This document shows, one piece after another, positions 42,766 through 51,171 of a stretch of 64,000 nt of DNA. A model generated the notes under the pieces. It did not search any database and had not been told where the DNA came from. It was given only the letters and a program-made list of their open reading frames with translations. The position numbers and the translations under genes were made by a program. Every line of letters starts with the position of its first letter. The first letter of the stretch is position 1. The DNA is from Pseudomonadota bacterium (GTDB lineage: Bacteria > Pseudomonadota > Gammaproteobacteria > Xanthomonadales > Rhodanobacteraceae): NCBI GenBank assembly GCA_021818335.1, contig JAKAEJ010000003.1, forward strand, positions 23,331 to 87,330. Reading direction: 5' to 3'.

Positions 42766-43067
42766 GGTGAAATGACCCGCAGTCGGCCGCTGGCAATGAG
42801 CTGTCCCGAGCGCCTGATGGCGAAGCGCCAAGCCTCGTCCGTGGCGGTGAGGATTTCGAGGGATGCCGTTTGCGCGGGCGCCAAGGGCACGTGGAACTTG
42901 GCGTCGACGACCTCGCTGATCCGGAACCCGTGGCGATCCACCAGCGCCGCCAGCGATTCAAGCAACAACACGGCCGGGACGACCGGGCGCCCGGGGAAAT
43001 GCCCGGCGAGACAGGGATCATCAGCCTCGAGGCAAAAGGTGCCCCGCAACATGGGCGGCAGGGTCAT
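42762..43067 (-). CDS. Small FabA/FabZ-like dehydratase
   Basis: PCLAGHFPGRPVVPAVLLL, AKFHVPL.P, IASG. Confidence 0.85.
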   Translation of the reverse strand: MTLPPMLRGTFCLEADDPCLAGHFPGRPVVPAVLLLESLAALVDRHGFRISEVVDAKFHVPLAPAQTASLEILTATDEAWRFAIRRSGQLIASGRLRVISP

Positions 43068-43113
43068 GGGTCGGGGTTGGCGCCGCCCGCAGAGCAGCAG
43101 GCGGGTTGGACGG

Positions 43114-43392
43114 TCAGGCCGGCTGCGCCTGGCGCTCGTGCGCAATGTGCAGCGCCAGCGCGCGCAGACTGGAGAAAATGCGGCGATTGTCCGGATGGTC
43201 GGCACGAAGATGAATCCCGTAATGCCGTGAGACAGCCAGCGCGATCTCCAGCGCATCGATGGAATCCAGTCCAAGGGATCCACCAAACAGCGGGGCCTCG
43301 GGCTCGATTTCTCCCGCCTGCACTCCCTCCAGATTGAGGCTGGTGACAATGAGTGCGGCAAGCTCGTATTCGGTTGGACTTTGACTGGACAT
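43114..43392 (-). CDS. Acyl carrier protein (XanC-like)
   Basis: LNLE, PLFG..LGLDSIDALE (phosphopantetheine Ser), N.RIFSSLRAL. Confidence 0.93.
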   Translation of the reverse strand: MSSQSPTEYELAALIVTSLNLEGVQAGEIEPEAPLFGGSLGLDSIDALEIALAVSRHYGIHLRADHPDNRRIFSSLRALALHIAHERQAQPA

Positions 43393-43487
43393 GTTGGCGC
43401 GGATAGCGAAGGACGGCATTTACTGGCGACGACTCGGCAGCATTGTAACATTCCGCTTTTACCCAGCCACTCGAACCCCTGGTGCCG

Positions 43488-44432
43488 ATGCCATCGCTTC
43501 CGCCTGATGTGCCTTGCCTGCTTCGCATCGAGCTGGGCGTTGCCGCGACGTCGAGCCCGCTGATGACGATCAGCTTCGATGGCGCCAACCCGCCCGTAAC
43601 GGGAGGGCTATGCATCTCGGTACCCCTAAGGGCGCTAGACCGCATGCCCTTGCGCGAGCACTGGTCCGTGGATGGAGACGTGCGTCATGGCCATAGCGGC
43701 AATGTCCGTTGGGCACGCGGTGGCGGTTGGCTGGTTGCGGCGCTGGAGCTGGACGAATCGGTGCATGGAGGGATCGAAGCGACGGCCGCCGAGGCCTATG
43801 CGACACTCGCGGCATTTGCGGCCCGGCAACCTGAGCGCCACGTCTTGCGCATCTGGAACTATCTTGCCGACATCAACGCAGGCCTGGACGACAACGAGCG
43901 CTACAAGCTGTTCTGCGCGGGCCGCCGCCGAGGCCTGGGAGAAGCCTTCCAGGGCGCCTATCCAGCGGCGACGGCGATCGGTCACAGGGACCGCACTCGC
44001 GGCCTTATCGTGTACTGGCTGGCGAGCGTCGCTCCGGGGACACGCATTGAAAACCCCCGGCAGGTCCCGGCTTGGCGCTATCCACGCCAGTATGGACCGG
44101 TGCCACCGGGATTTGCCCGGGGCACTCGCCTGCCAGACGGTTCACTGGCGATCTCCGGCACGGCGAGCATCGTCGGCCATGCGTCGTTGCACGTTGGCGA
44201 CTGCGCGGCACAAGTGCGGGAAAGTCTGGCCAACATCGCGGCGCTGCAGGTCGCCGCCGGACTTCCGCCCGAACCCGAGGTCCGGGCACCGATGAAGATT
44301 TACCTGCGCGATGCCGGCGAACTGCCGACACTGCGTGCCAATATTCCCGCGGGCATTCCGGTGCAATTGCTTGAGGGCGACATTTGCCGCCGCGAGCTGC
44401 TGGTGGAGATCGAGGGTTGGCGGCACCCCTGA
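43488..44432 (+). CDS. XanB2-like chorismatase (FkbO/Hyg5 family)
   Basis: LRIWNYL..IN....DNERY..FC.GR, YPAATAIG, IENPRQVPAWRYPRQYGP..P.FAR, ISGTASIVGH, DICRRELLVEIEG. Confidence 0.9.
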   Translation: MPSLPPDVPCLLRIELGVAATSSPLMTISFDGANPPVTGGLCISVPLRALDRMPLREHWSVDGDVRHGHSGNVRWARGGGWLVAALELDESVHGGIEATAAEAYATLAAFAARQPERHVLRIWNYLADINAGLDDNERYKLFCAGRRRGLGEAFQGAYPAATAIGHRDRTRGLIVYWLASVAPGTRIENPRQVPAWRYPRQYGPVPPGFARGTRLPDGSLAISGTASIVGHASLHVGDCAAQVRESLANIAALQVAAGLPPEPEVRAPMKIYLRDAGELPTLRANIPAGIPVQLLEGDICRRELLVEIEGWRHP

Positions 44433-44444
44433 GTTGACCGCCGT

Positions 44445-44918
44445 CTAACCCAGGGTCTTCACGTAACACAGTGCATCCCCGCCATCTTCGTAGTAGCCGC
44501 GGCGGATGCCCTTCCGCAGATACCCGCGTGTCTCATAGAGGCGCTGCGCGGTTCGGTTGCCGGCCCGGACTTCCAGACGCATACCGACGCAACGGCGGCG
44601 TCGCGCAGCGGCTTCGGATGCGCGCAGTAGTGCAGCGCCGACGCCGCGGCCGCGGGCTTCCGGAGCGCTGGCGAGTGAGTAGAGGCGCGCGTTGCTGCTG
44701 CCCCGGCGAAAAAAAACCACCGCCGAGCCGAGCAGGCTGCCATTGTCCGTCGCCACCAGTACCAGCGCGCTTTCACTATCGATGTGGCGGCGGTACTGCG
44801 CCCGGCTGATCAGATCCGAGCGGAACGCCCGCTGCTCCAGGCGCAGCAGCGCCTCGAGGTCAACGGCATCGGCGCGGCGCACGTGGACATGGCCTGGGGG
44901 TTCTGGATCGACGGTCAT
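44445..44918 (-). CDS. GNAT acetyltransferase (RimI-like)
   Basis: ARLYSLA..PEARGRGVG..LL, RLEVRAGN..A..LY...GY, GYYEDG.DAL. Confidence 0.9.
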   Translation of the reverse strand: MTVDPEPPGHVHVRRADAVDLEALLRLEQRAFRSDLISRAQYRRHIDSESALVLVATDNGSLLGSAVVFFRRGSSNARLYSLASAPEARGRGVGAALLRASEAAARRRRCVGMRLEVRAGNRTAQRLYETRGYLRKGIRRGYYEDGGDALCYVKTLG

Positions 44919-45084
44919 CGGCACGGCGCGCACGGTAGTCACACACGAGCCCGGGCGCAAGCGCCCATGAACGACGGGCATCGATTGCCGCGCGGATGCT
45001 TGCCTCTGCCGTGCACTGTGCGACACTCTTGCCGCCCGCGCGCCGGTCCCCACCCACGCGGAACGTACGTACGCGCGAGGAAGC

Positions 45085-46566
45085 ATGGCCAGGCTGGTCA
45101 TAGTCGTCGAGAAACTCTCGGACTGGGGCTCATATTACCCCTCGGACAATGTCGTTTCCGCGAAGGACTACCTGCGCGAGCCGGTTGGTGGCGAGGAGCG
45201 TACGCATGTCATCAACCTGTGCCGCAACTACAAGTATCTGGGCACTGGCTACTACGTGTCGCTGCTTGGCGAGGCTCGTGGTCACCGGGTGATCCCCTCG
45301 GTGCGCACCATCAATGACTTGCGGCGGCGATCGTTGTACGGGCTCGACGTGGAGGATCTCAACCAGAAGCTCGCGAATTTCCTGCCCGCGGGCGGGCGGG
45401 ATACCACGGACTTTGGGATCCTCGTTTATTTTGGCGAGACGTCTTACCCACAACTGCGCGAACTTGCGCGCGGCGTATTCGAGGCATTTCCTTCGCCGTT
45501 GTTGCGCATCGAGTTTGAAAGAGAGCGCATGTGGCGGATCAGCGCGATCAAGCCCATAGGGCTGCACACGCTGGATGATCCGCAGGAGGATGCTTTCGCG
45601 CAGGCGCTCGACAGTTTCTCGCGCAAGCTCTGGCATCGACCGCGTGCGCGGCGACTTTATCGATACGACATCGCCATGCTGGTCGACCATAACGAAGCGA
45701 TGCCTCCATCCAACAAGAAGGCGCTCAAGAATTTCATTGCGGCGGGCAAGGAGCTAGGCATCGAAGTCGACCCGGTGGGCAAGGGCGATTACACGCGCTT
45801 GGCCGAATATGACGGGTTGTTCATCCGCGAAACGACGGCGCTGGATCACCATACCTACCGATTTGCGCACAAGGCGGAACGGGAGGGCATGGTCGTGATT
45901 GACGACCCTGCATCGATCCTCCGCTGTACCAACAAGATTTTTCTTCATGATCTCCTTCGCGCGAAGAAATTGGCAACACCCCGAACGGAAATCCTCTATC
46001 GAGATGATCCGCGCCAGCTGCGTGACCTGCCGACGTTGCTGGAATTCCCCATTGTGTTGAAGATTCCTGACGGTTCGTTTTCCCGAGGCGTCGTCAAGGT
46101 GGAGGATGCTGCCGCACTCGACAAGGCCGCCGCCGAGCTCTTCCAGCACACGGCGCTCGTCATCGCCCAGGAATTCCTGTTCACGCAATTCGACTGGCGC
46201 ATCGGCGTGCTGAACCACGAGCCGCTGTTCGCGTGCCAGTACGCGATGGCGCGTGGCCACTGGCAGATCTACAACCATGGTGCGAAGGGCTCGGCGAAGA
46301 GCGGGGGTTTCAAGACGCTCTCGACGCGAGAGGCGCCGGCCGAAGTGATCAAGTTGGCGCTGCGGGCCACGCAACCGATAGGCGACGGCTTTTACGGCGT
46401 GGATATCAAGCAGACCAAGGAACGCACCGTGGTGATCGAGGTCAACGACAATCCTTCGGTCGACGCTGGCGTCGAAGATGCGTATCTCCGCGAAGATCTG
46501 TATGTGCGCGTCATGCAGGAATTCCTTCGCCGCCTCGAACGCAAGCGACTGGGCATCACCGCGTAG
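45085..46566 (+). CDS. RimK-family ATP-grasp ligase with N-terminal RLAN domain
   Basis: INLCR.Y.YLG.GYYVSLL.EARGH..IPSV (RLAN), PPSNKKAL, LFIRETT, CTNK, LKIPDGSFSRGV, FDWRIG, YGVDIK, IEVNDNP. Confidence 0.92.
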   Translation: MARLVIVVEKLSDWGSYYPSDNVVSAKDYLREPVGGEERTHVINLCRNYKYLGTGYYVSLLGEARGHRVIPSVRTINDLRRRSLYGLDVEDLNQKLANFLPAGGRDTTDFGILVYFGETSYPQLRELARGVFEAFPSPLLRIEFERERMWRISAIKPIGLHTLDDPQEDAFAQALDSFSRKLWHRPRARRLYRYDIAMLVDHNEAMPPSNKKALKNFIAAGKELGIEVDPVGKGDYTRLAEYDGLFIRETTALDHHTYRFAHKAEREGMVVIDDPASILRCTNKIFLHDLLRAKKLATPRTEILYRDDPRQLRDLPTLLEFPIVLKIPDGSFSRGVVKVEDAAALDKAAAELFQHTALVIAQEFLFTQFDWRIGVLNHEPLFACQYAMARGHWQIYNHGAKGSAKSGGFKTLSTREAPAEVIKLALRATQPIGDGFYGVDIKQTKERTVVIEVNDNPSVDAGVEDAYLREDLYVRVMQEFLRRLERKRLGITA

Positions 46567-46587
46567 CGGCGTGGGGCCGCCGTCGAT

Positions 46588-47184
46588 TCAGACGTTGTGG
46601 CGCTTGCCGCGGTAAGGTGCGTACCAAGCTCGAATCTGGGCGAGCTCTTGCTCGAGATCCGGTCCCATCTGCAGCAGCGGTCCGAGGCCAATCGTCTTGG
46701 ACGGATAGTCGAAATAGACCAGCTGTACTGGCACGCCCGCGCCTCGGGCAATCTGCCAGAAGCCCGACTTCCAACGCTTGACCGGGCGCCTTGTGCCCTC
46801 GGGCGTTATGCCTAGCCAGAGACGGTCGCTTGCATTGAAGCGCTCCACCATCTGGTCAACTACGCCGAAGGCCTTGTTGCGTTGCACCGGGATCGAACCC
46901 AGCGCCCGCAGAAGCGGACCTGCTGGGCCACGATGCAGCTCAGCCTTGATCATGATTCCGATGCGCAGACCCAGAGCCGTCTTCATCAACAGGCCCCAGA
47001 CGCCATCCCAAAACGAGGAATGCGGAGCGCCGATCAGAATCAGCTTGGGGACGTTGGGCAGTGTGCCCTCGAGGCGCCAACCTGCAGCCACGACGATGAA
47101 CCGGCACAGCCTCCGCCACCACGCGCGCGTCGAACCCACGACGGGTACCAAGGGCGGTGGATTCGGGGGCAGCCTGCCGCTCAT
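46588..47184 (-). CDS. PlsC-like lysophospholipid acyltransferase
   Basis: APHSSFWD (HxxxxD), ITPEGTR, WKSGF. Confidence 0.9.
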   Translation of the reverse strand: MSGRLPPNPPPLVPVVGSTRAWWRRLCRFIVVAAGWRLEGTLPNVPKLILIGAPHSSFWDGVWGLLMKTALGLRIGIMIKAELHRGPAGPLLRALGSIPVQRNKAFGVVDQMVERFNASDRLWLGITPEGTRRPVKRWKSGFWQIARGAGVPVQLVYFDYPSKTIGLGPLLQMGPDLEQELAQIRAWYAPYRGKRHNV

Positions 47185-47603
47185 GCATCAAGGCCTGGTC
47201 GGCCTCTCGCCTGCTTGCGGCGTGCAGTCATGCGCTTGCTTTGCAAGCGTCGCTCAACCATCCCGCGCGGCGGTCGCGTGGCCTTGCGGATCGGAGGCGC
47301 CTCCAGGACACCCGCGATGATTGCAGCCAAACGCGCGCGAGCATCGTCGCGGTTTCGCGACTGTTCGCGGAAACGGCGCGCCTGCAATACCAGCACGCCT
47401 TCGCGATTGAGACGCCGGTCGCGCAGTGCGAGAAGACGCGCCCGCATATCCTCCGTAAGCGCAGCGGAACGCCTGATATCGAAACGCAACTCGACGGCAC
47501 TTTCGGTGCGATTGACATGCTGACCACCGGGGCCGTCGGCGCGAAGGAACCGTTCTACAAGCTCATGCTCCGGGATTTGCAGGCCGGCACTCACGTTTAA
47601 CAT
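47181..47603 (-). CDS. arfB: Alternative ribosome-rescue peptidyl-tRNA hydrolase ArfB
   Basis: GPGGQHVN (GGQ motif), R.Q.RNR..A..RL, basic tail RKATRP...RRL..K. Confidence 0.95.
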   Translation of the reverse strand: MLNVSAGLQIPEHELVERFLRADGPGGQHVNRTESAVELRFDIRRSAALTEDMRARLLALRDRRLNREGVLVLQARRFREQSRNRDDARARLAAIIAGVLEAPPIRKATRPPRGMVERRLQSKRMTARRKQARGRPGLDA

Positions 47604-47814
47604 GGCCACCAGCATATCAGGACCCATGCCACGGACCCGGGCGCCCGCCAGGCGCACCGGGTCGGCCGCGAACAGGCGCGGCAAGCATGGGGTTCCCTAC
47701 GGCGGCGCTATCAACAGCGAGGCACGCCGGCGATGAGCGGCGACTCGCCCGGGGCTTACCTAGCCTGCCTCGCCGGCCGGGTCCTTGTGCGACGGGACGC
47801 CGGCGTGCCGGCCT

Positions 47815-48195
47815 TCAGAAGCCTCCGCCATTGCTGCCTTGCGTGCGGGGCGGCATTCGCTGGCCGGCACCGGGACGGCCATTTTGATGGATCCTTCCGC
47901 GCTCAAGTGGAGGTGCAGGGGGGAGCTTCACGCCGCGTTCCTTCGCACGCTGCTGCATCTGCACATGGTGCTCGGCACGGATGCGGTCCCGCTCCTGGAT
48001 CGTCTTGGCGGCACGCAGCCGCTCGCGATACTCGATCCGCTCGGCCGGCGTCATCAACTGACTTCCGTAAACCTGGCGCTGGTCGCGCTCCTGCACGTGT
48101 TCCTGCACCCGCAATTGCGCCTGCGTCTGCATCGCAGTCGCGGAAAGACTCGCAGCTGCCAGTGCGGACGCCAGGATGATGGATCGGTTACGCAT
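47815..48195 (-). CDS. Exported Q/R/E-rich hypothetical protein (126 aa)
   Basis: Signal peptide, VYGSQLMT.AER..YR.RL...T..ER..IRAEHH..MQ.RA.ERG, Gly-rich tail, GGAGG RBS. Confidence 0.8.
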   Translation of the reverse strand: MRNRSIILASALAAASLSATAMQTQAQLRVQEHVQERDQRQVYGSQLMTPAERIEYRERLRAAKTIQERDRIRAEHHVQMQQRAKERGVKLPPAPPLERGRIHQNGRPGAGQRMPPRTQGSNGGGF

Positions 48196-48267
48196 GGGAA
48201 TCCTCCGCGACGAAAAAGGCCGCCACGTGCGGCTGGTCCACTCTCGGGCGCGGGCACTGGCTCCTGC

Positions 48268-48281
48268 TTGACCGGAATCAA
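48268..48281 (-). promoter_or_regulatory. FNR/Anr-type box
   Basis: TTGACCGGAATCAA, 1 mismatch to consensus, about 75 bp upstream of the 126-aa gene start. Confidence 0.6.
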
Positions 48282-48342
48282 AAAGTGATAACAGCGTAAT
48301 AAATCGTCGGGCCGATGTTCAGCGCCGCGACAGCTCCCTCGC

Positions 48343-50001
48343 TCAGCCTTGCGGCTTTCGTGGCCAGACGCGCCAGAATGCGACCAGGCCCCCTGTCGCC
48401 AGCACGACGGGCGCGAGCGGACTCCATTGCGGTCCGAGCAGTTGGGTCAACGCGGCGATGACGAGCAGGGTGGATCCCAGCAGGGATCCGGTCAACACCC
48501 GTTGCTGCGCGTGGCTACGCTCCGTGAGCTGCGCTGACTCCCGCGCTCGCATCTCCATCGTGCCACGGACGCTGGCGGCGGCCTCGAGCGTTTGCTGGAA
48601 CAACTCGGGCAATCGCGGGGCCTGGCGGATCCATTCCGGCACACGCCGGCGCAATTCATGCAAAACGGCACGCGGTCCATGGCGCCGGCGAAGGATTTGC
48701 CGCAGCACCGGTTCGGCCACGGCCCAGATATCGATGTCGGGATCCAGCTGACGGCCAAGTCCCTCGATGTTCAGCAAGGTCTTCTGCAACAGGATCAGCT
48801 GCGGTTGCAGCGTCAGCTCATACTGGCGCGCGGTCTGAAACAGCTTCACCGTCACCTCGGCAATGGAGATCTGGCTCAGGGGCCGCGTAAAGTAGGGTTC
48901 GCATACCGCGCGAGTCGCCGATTCGAGCTCGTCGATGCGCACGCTCGATGGCATCCAGCCGGCAGCGACATGGAGTTCCGCGATGCGTCGGTAATCCCGC
49001 GTGAACAAAGCCATGAAGTTCTCGGCGAGCCAGTACTGGTCCGACTCCGGGAGAGAGCCCATGATTCCAAAATCCAGCGCGATGAAGCCGGCATCATCTG
49101 GATTCGTTGCGTCAACCCAGATGTTGCCGGGGTGCGCGTCGGCGTGGAAGAAGTTATCGCGGAAGACCTGCTCATAGAAAAGTCGCACGCCTTTGCGAGC
49201 CAGGGCCTTTCGGTCGACGCCTGCCGTGTCCAGCGCGGCGATGTCATCAGCGCCGATACCGTGTACGCGCTCCAGCGTCAGGACGCGGTCCGCGCTCCAA
49301 TCCCAGAACACCTCCGGGACATAGAGGTCGTGTGCTGCATGGGCAAAATTTCGCCTGAGCAGGCTTGCGTTGGCCCCTTCTCGCTGGAGATCCAGTTCGT
49401 GTTCAAGCGTCTTTTCAATTTCAGCGACCACATCCAGGGGCCGAATTTTGTCGGCACGCGGGTGGTACCGTTGCACGAGACCGCCCAGCGCGCGCAACAA
49501 TTGCGTGTCACGCGCGATGCGGGCATGGATGCCCGGGCGGAGCACTTTGACCACGACCTCGCGTCCGCCTGGCAACCGGGCGGCGTGGACCTGCGCAATC
49601 GAGGCGGATGCCAGAGGCTCCTCGTCGAACGCTGAATAGAGGTCGGCCACCGGTTTGCCCAGTTGCTGCTCGACCAGCGTGCGCGCCTGTATTCCCGGGA
49701 ACGGTTCGACCTGATCGCGAAGCTTCGCCAGTGCGTCCGCCAGATCCGGAGGAAGCAAGTCGCGCCGGGTGGACAGCACTTGGCCGAACTTGACGAAGAT
49801 CGGGCCCAGCTCGGTGAACGCAAGGCGCAGACGCTCGCCGCGCGGCAATCCAGCGGTACAGCCTTTCGCGCGAGGCAGCACCATTGCCAGCAGCGCAAGT
49901 GGACGATGGAGGCGAGTGCCTTCCGCAAAGACATGCAACCGCCACCGCAACGCAATCACGAAGACCCGGCCGAGGCGCGGTGCCGTCCCTAGAGCACTCA
50001 T
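48343..50001 (-). CDS. ubiB: Ubiquinone biosynthesis kinase-like protein UbiB
   Basis: [58 protein letters not shown]. Confidence 0.97.
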   Translation of the reverse strand: MSALGTAPRLGRVFVIALRWRLHVFAEGTRLHRPLALLAMVLPRAKGCTAGLPRGERLRLAFTELGPIFVKFGQVLSTRRDLLPPDLADALAKLRDQVEPFPGIQARTLVEQQLGKPVADLYSAFDEEPLASASIAQVHAARLPGGREVVVKVLRPGIHARIARDTQLLRALGGLVQRYHPRADKIRPLDVVAEIEKTLEHELDLQREGANASLLRRNFAHAAHDLYVPEVFWDWSADRVLTLERVHGIGADDIAALDTAGVDRKALARKGVRLFYEQVFRDNFFHADAHPGNIWVDATNPDDAGFIALDFGIMGSLPESDQYWLAENFMALFTRDYRRIAELHVAAGWMPSSVRIDELESATRAVCEPYFTRPLSQISIAEVTVKLFQTARQYELTLQPQLILLQKTLLNIEGLGRQLDPDIDIWAVAEPVLRQILRRRHGPRAVLHELRRRVPEWIRQAPRLPELFQQTLEAAASVRGTMEMRARESAQLTERSHAQQRVLTGSLLGSTLLVIAALTQLLGPQWSPLAPVVLATGGLVAFWRVWPRKPQG

Positions 50002-50642
50002 GGACGGGCCCGATTCAGGCGGGCGCGCAGCGCATCGAGCCGTGCGGCCAAACGCTCGCCGCGCTCGCGGAGCTTGTCGACGTCATCATTGAATTCGTCT
50101 ATCTCCTCGCGCGCAGGCGTCAGTCGGGCTTCATCGCGCAGCCAGGCCGCAACGTCATCGGCTGCTCGGGGCGCCAGACGACGGACTTCCGCCAATGCGC
50201 GCACAAGGCCTCTAGCCAGGACCATGCCCAGAACGTCGCCAAAACGTTCGGTAAGGGCTGCCTCGAGGTCGGGTCGATAGTTGCGTGCCAGCTTCTCAAG
50301 GCGACGGGCCAAATCCGCATCACCCGCCAGGTTGACCGCGCCCGGGGGCAATGTTCCGTCGCGCTTGAGCGCCGCGGCGGCCAAGCTGGCGGGCCGTAGC
50401 CGGACCTCCAGTTCAGCGTCTTCGGCTGCACCCACATGAATCTGACCCTCGCGGACCGCGAGGCGCAATGCGAGAGGGGGCTGGGTGAGGTGCAACGTGA
50501 CACTACGCCCTTCCAGGCCCGCGAGTGATACGTGTGCCTCGGGATCGAGCGCCAGAGTGCGGTTCAGCACCCGCTCCAGCACGTGGCCGAGCACTTGCCT
50601 GAGCCGTGATGGCAGCAGCGAATCGAGAGTGGGTTTGCTCAT
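49998..50642 (-). CDS. ubiJ: Ubiquinone biosynthesis accessory factor UbiJ (SCP2 domain)
   Basis: LNR.LALDP, GDADLA, PDLE..L...GDV, C-terminal coiled coil. Coupled to ubiB. Confidence 0.9.
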   Translation of the reverse strand: MSKPTLDSLLPSRLRQVLGHVLERVLNRTLALDPEAHVSLAGLEGRSVTLHLTQPPLALRLAVREGQIHVGAAEDAELEVRLRPASLAAAALKRDGTLPPGAVNLAGDADLARRLEKLARNYRPDLEAALTERFGDVLGMVLARGLVRALAEVRRLAPRAADDVAAWLRDEARLTPAREEIDEFNDDVDKLRERGERLAARLDALRARLNRARP

Positions 50643-50688
50643 GCGCCGATTGTAGCGGCGCAGCCAATGTCATCGCTTCTCGAGCTCG

Positions 50689-51153
50689 TCAGGCAGCGCC
50701 CGCGAATTCAAATTGACGCCATGCCTCGTAGACGGTAATCGCCACCGCGTTGGATAGATTGAGGCTGCGGCTTCCCGCCACCATGGGTAGACGCAAGCAT
50801 CGTTCGGCGGGCAGTGCATCGAGAACTTCCCGCGGCAGGCCCTTGCTCTCGCTGCCGAACAGTAGCGCGTCACCGGGTGTGAAGCGCGTCTGGTAGGGGC
50901 TGAGGCTCCCGCGCGTGCTCAACGCGAAGCAGCGCGGTTGCCCCAGCCGGTCGAGACAGGCGTCCAAGTGTTCATGGACGCGCACGTCGGCATAGTCCCG
51001 ATAGTCCATGCCGGCGCGGCGGAGTCGGGAATCCTCGAGCCGGAATCCCAGCGGCTCGACCAAGTGAAGCGTGCATCCGGTATTCGCAGCCAAGCGCATC
51101 ACGTTGCCCGTATTCGGCGCGATTTCCGGGTGGACCAGCACGATGTGCAGCAC
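50689..51153 (-). CDS. trmL: tRNA (cytidine/uridine-2'-O)-methyltransferase TrmL
   Basis: PEIAPNTGN..RL, LRRAGMDY, FGSESKGLP, RSLNLSNAV. Confidence 0.96.
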   Translation of the reverse strand: MLHIVLVHPEIAPNTGNVMRLAANTGCTLHLVEPLGFRLEDSRLRRAGMDYRDYADVRVHEHLDACLDRLGQPRCFALSTRGSLSPYQTRFTPGDALLFGSESKGLPREVLDALPAERCLRLPMVAGSRSLNLSNAVAITVYEAWRQFEFAGAA

Positions 51154-51171
51154 ACGATTCCCGCAAGCCGT

